The notes beneath the pieces were generated by a model that ran no database searches, was not told the origin of the DNA, and saw only the letters and a list, made by a program, of their open reading frames with translations. This document shows positions 61,335-64,000 of a stretch of 64,000 nucleotides of DNA, in pieces (position 1 is the stretch's first letter; every line of letters begins with the position of its first letter). Made by a program: the position numbers and the translations under genes. The DNA comes from the human T2T-CHM13v2.0 reference genome, Homo sapiens: positions 23,712,001 to 23,776,000 of the forward strand of contig CP086569.2 in NCBI GenBank assembly GCA_009914755.4, read 5' to 3'.

Positions 61335-63768
61335 ATTGCCTATTGCCAAGCAGTGAGTACCATCGACCCCTTGTGCTTGCTATTCTGTCCTATTTTTCCT
61401 TAGAATTCTAGGGCTAAATAGCAGGCACCTGTCAGCCAGTTAAAAGCAACTAGCTTGGTCACTGAACTAAAGACATGGGTGCCAGGCTTTCTGGGAAAGG
61501 GCTCTCTAGCAACCCCAACTCTTCGGAGTTGGGAGTGTTGGTTTGCATGGAACTAGCTTCCACTTTCCCTGTACTTCTGGGCTGAGATGAGGGTTGATAG
61601 GAAAACCATTCAGCTCCATGGTCCCAACAACAAATTGGTTGACCCTGCAGCCATGGCGGAACTCTTAGTCATGTCGCCCAAGCGAGACTCTCCCATCTAT
61701 CCTATCTATCCTGAGCCTTGCCTCCTGGGTCCTAAAGCCTGTCAGACAATCTTCCTCTTGCTTCTGTTCTCTGAGGCTAGTCCTGCTTCTAAAAACCACT
61801 CCCTGTCTCTGGTGCTTTTCTAGTTTCTCCTGTAAGAACTATTTCTGGTATAAACTCCAGGACTCTATTCCCTTCTCCTGGCACTCAGGCTCAGCAATCA
61901 GAAAGAGAGAATTTTTGCCCAAAGCCCCATTTTAAGGGGGACTATCTGGAATTTTAGGATCCCTCCTCAGACAAACAGGCTTAACAAAACCTATTCCTGA
62001 AGCTAGGATATGGGACGCCTCAGAAATTGTATCTTTCTTATTCATATAAGTGAGGACAAAAGGCATCACTCTTCTGACTCTGGTGATCTCTTCCCTCCCT
62101 CAGGGTATGGCCCTCCACTTCATTTTTGGGGCATAACATCTTTATAGGACAAGGATAAATTCCCAATATTAACAGGATAATGCTTAGGACTCTAACAGGT
62201 TTTTGAGAATATGTCAGTAAGGGCCACTAAATCCGATTTTTCTCAGTCCTCTTTGTGGTCTGGGTGGACAGGCAAGGCTGCAGGTTTTGTTGTGGTCCAG
62301 GAGGAAAACCAGTGTTTCTGCTGCTGCATCAGTGAGCACAACTATTCTGATCAGCAGGGTCCAGGATCCATTGTGGGTTCTTGGGCAGGTGGAGAAACAA
62401 ACAAACAAAAAGAGTGGGCCGTTTTCTCTTTCGGATGGGAAACACTCAGGCATTAACAGACCCACTCTTGCAATGCATCCTAAGCCATTGGGACCAATTT
62501 TACCCACAAACCCTGAAAAAGTGGTGGCTTATTTTTTTCTGCACTATGGCCAGGACCCAATATTCTCTCTCTGATGTGGAAAAATGGCCACCTGAGAGAA
62601 ATATAACTTACAATACTATACTGTAGCTTGACCTTTTCTGTAAGAGGTAAGGCAAAAGGAGTGCAATACCTTAAGTCCAAGTTTTCTTTTCATTGAAGGA
62701 GAATACAAAACTATGCAAAGCTTGCAATTTACATCCCACAGGAGGAACACTCAGCTTACCTGCATATCCTAGCCTCCCTATAGCTCCCCTTCCTATTAAT
62801 GATAAGCCTCCTCTAATCTCCCCTGCCCAGAAGGAAACAAGCAAAGAAATCTCCAAAGGAACACAACCCTTCCCCGGGCTATCGATTACATCCCCTTCAA
62901 GCTCTAGGGAGAGGGGAATTTGGCCCAACCTTGGTACATGTCCCCTTCTCCCTCTCTGATTTAAAGCAGATCAAGGTAGACCTGGGAAAGCTTTCAGATG
63001 ATCCTGATAGGTACATAGATGTCCCACAGGATCTAGGGCAAAGCCTCGATCTCACTTGGAGAGATGTCATGCTATTGGTAGATCAAACCCTGACCTTTAA
63101 TGAAAAGAATGTGGCTTTAGTTTTAGCCTGAGAGTTTGGAGATACCTTGTATCTTAGTCAAGTAAATGATAGAATGACAGCTGAAGAAAGGGAAAAATTC
63201 CCTACGGGTTGGCAAGCCATTCTCAGTGTGGATCCCTATTGGGACCTTGACTCAGATCATGGGGACAAGAGTCATAAACATCTGTTCACCTGTGTTCTAG
63301 AAGGACTAAGGAAAATTAGGAAAAAGCACATGAATTATTCAGTGATATCCACCATAACTCAGGGAAAGGAAGAAAATCCTTCTGCCTTCCTTGTGTGGCT
63401 AAGGGAGGCCTTAAGAAAATATACTGCCCTGTCACCCAAATCACTCAAGGGTCAATTGATTCTAAAAGATAAGTTTATTACCCAATCAGCCACAGACATC
63501 AGGAGAAACTCCAAAAGCAAGCCCTGGGCCCTGAACAAAATCTGGAGGCATTACTAAACCTGGCAACCTTGGTGTTCTATAATAGGGACCAAGAGGAACA
63601 GGCCCAAAAGGAAAAGTGAGATCAGAGAAATGCTGCTGCCTTAGTCATGGCCCTCAGACAAACAAACCTTGGTGTTTCAGAGAGGACAGAAAAGGGAGCA
63701 GGGCAATCACCCGGTAGGGCTTGTTATCAGTGTGGTTTACGAGGACACTTAAAAAAAAAGATCATCCA
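61335..63768 (+). mobile_element. HERV9/ERV9 internal region (leader plus gag). The provirus is interrupted by an AluY at 63,769 and continues beyond the window.
   Basis: It is contiguous with the 5' LTR and PBS. The gag reading frames begin at 62,435. Confidence 0.7.
62435..63768 (+). pseudogene. Retroviral gag pseudogene (matrix / late-domain region / capsid / start of nucleocapsid), frameshifted several times
   Basis: ATG at 62,435 gives MGNTQALTDPLLQCILSHWDQFYPQTLKKWW… (an N-terminal MG(N/Q) myristoylation-type start). ORF 62693..62959 is proline-rich (PAYPSLPIAPLPINDKPPLISP, a late-domain-like region). ORFs 62931..63131 and 63147..63557 (…QGKEENPSAFLVWLREALRKYTALSP…) are capsid-like. 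At 63,722-63,750, TGTTATCAGTGTGGTTTACGAGGACACTT encodes CYQCGLRGHL, the start of a CCHC zinc knuckle, cut off by the Alu. Confidence 0.75.
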
Positions 63769-64000
63769 GGCCGGGCGCGGTGGCTCACGCCTGTAATCCC
63801 AGCACTTTGGGAGGCCGAGGCGGGCGGATCACGAGGTCAGGAGATCGAGACCATCGCGGCTAAAACGGTGAAACCCCGTCTCTACTAAAAATACAAAAAA
63901 TTAGCCGGGCGTAGTGGCGGGCGCCTGTAGTCCCAGCTACTTGGGAGGCTGAGGCAGGAGAATGGCGTGAACCCGGGAGGCAGAGCTTGCAGTGAGCCGA
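63769..64000 (+). mobile_element. AluY-like young Alu (CpGs largely intact) inserted into the gag nucleocapsid zinc-knuckle codons; runs off the window end
   Basis: GGCCGGGCGCGGTGGCTCACGCCTGTAATCCCAGCACTTTGGGAGGCCGAGGCGGGCGGATCACGAGGTCAGGAGATCGAGACCATC…GCCGGGCGTAGTGGCGGGCGCCTGTAGTCCCAGCTACTTGGGAGGCTGAGGCAGGAGAATGGCGTGAACCCGGGAGGCAGAGCTTGCAGTGAGCCGA is a near-consensus match to AluY. It is preceded by CACTTAAAAAAAAAGATCATCCAG. Confidence 0.9.

Noticed and set aside
63147-63557. A 136-aa ORF with a globular-looking sequence, possibly a host gene exon
   Set aside because: It sits directly downstream of an LTR12, a PBS-Arg and an MGNTQ gag start. The sequence is retroviral capsid-like and is followed by a CCHC zinc-knuckle start, so it is HERV9 gag rather than a cellular gene.

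Overview
This 64-kb window looks like hominoid (most likely human) heterochromatin-edge DNA made entirely of repeats. I found no credible cellular protein-coding gene, RNA gene, CRISPR array or novel functional system. Every long ORF in the six-frame track is either a retroelement remnant (L1 ORF1/ORF2, HERV gag) or a frame running through satellite or low-complexity DNA.

Two thirds of the window (about 305-42,340) is a diverged beta-satellite-like array:
- Monomers are about 70-75 bp and share the cores ...AGAGATATGTCACAATGCCCC... and ...GAGTCACATCACCTGGGTGCTGG...
- The monomers form a higher-order repeat of about 4.85-5.0 kb. Each unit contains three recurring tracts of strongly diverged monomers, which I call blocks A (about 0.75 kb), B (about 0.55 kb) and C (about 0.6 kb), plus a recognisable marker monomer (…CACCCATGGAAAAGAAT…GCCAAAAAGTCTCAACACC…).
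- The array is in one orientation from about 305 to 28,880, then flips at a sharp head-to-head junction and continues in the opposite orientation to about 42,340.
- Insertions inside the array are: a 5'-truncated Alu (4,258-4,550); a solo HERV-K(HML-2) LTR5 with a 6-bp target-site duplication (TSD) (16,725-17,692, minus); a near-full-length L1PA with a 15-bp TSD (20,074-25,798, minus); a 96-bp Alu tail fragment with a 15-bp TSD (31,039-31,134); an unclassified ERV LTR of about 960 bp (36,813-37,770); and an Alu (41,423-41,755).

The right third of the window is non-satellite:
- An Alu followed by an (AC)22 microsatellite.
- A full-length degenerate L1PA (43,498-49,617, plus) that appears to be nested inside an older minus-strand L1.
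- Three more Alus.
- A 0.5-kb A-rich low-complexity tract.
- The 5' part of a HERV9/ERV9 provirus: an LTR12 with U3 repeat enhancers and four ~100-bp repeats, a tRNA-Arg PBS, and a frameshifted gag starting MGNTQ. The gag CCHC zinc knuckle is split by a young AluY that runs off the window end.

Family names come from sequence memory, not a database search. They should be confirmed with RepeatMasker/Dfam.
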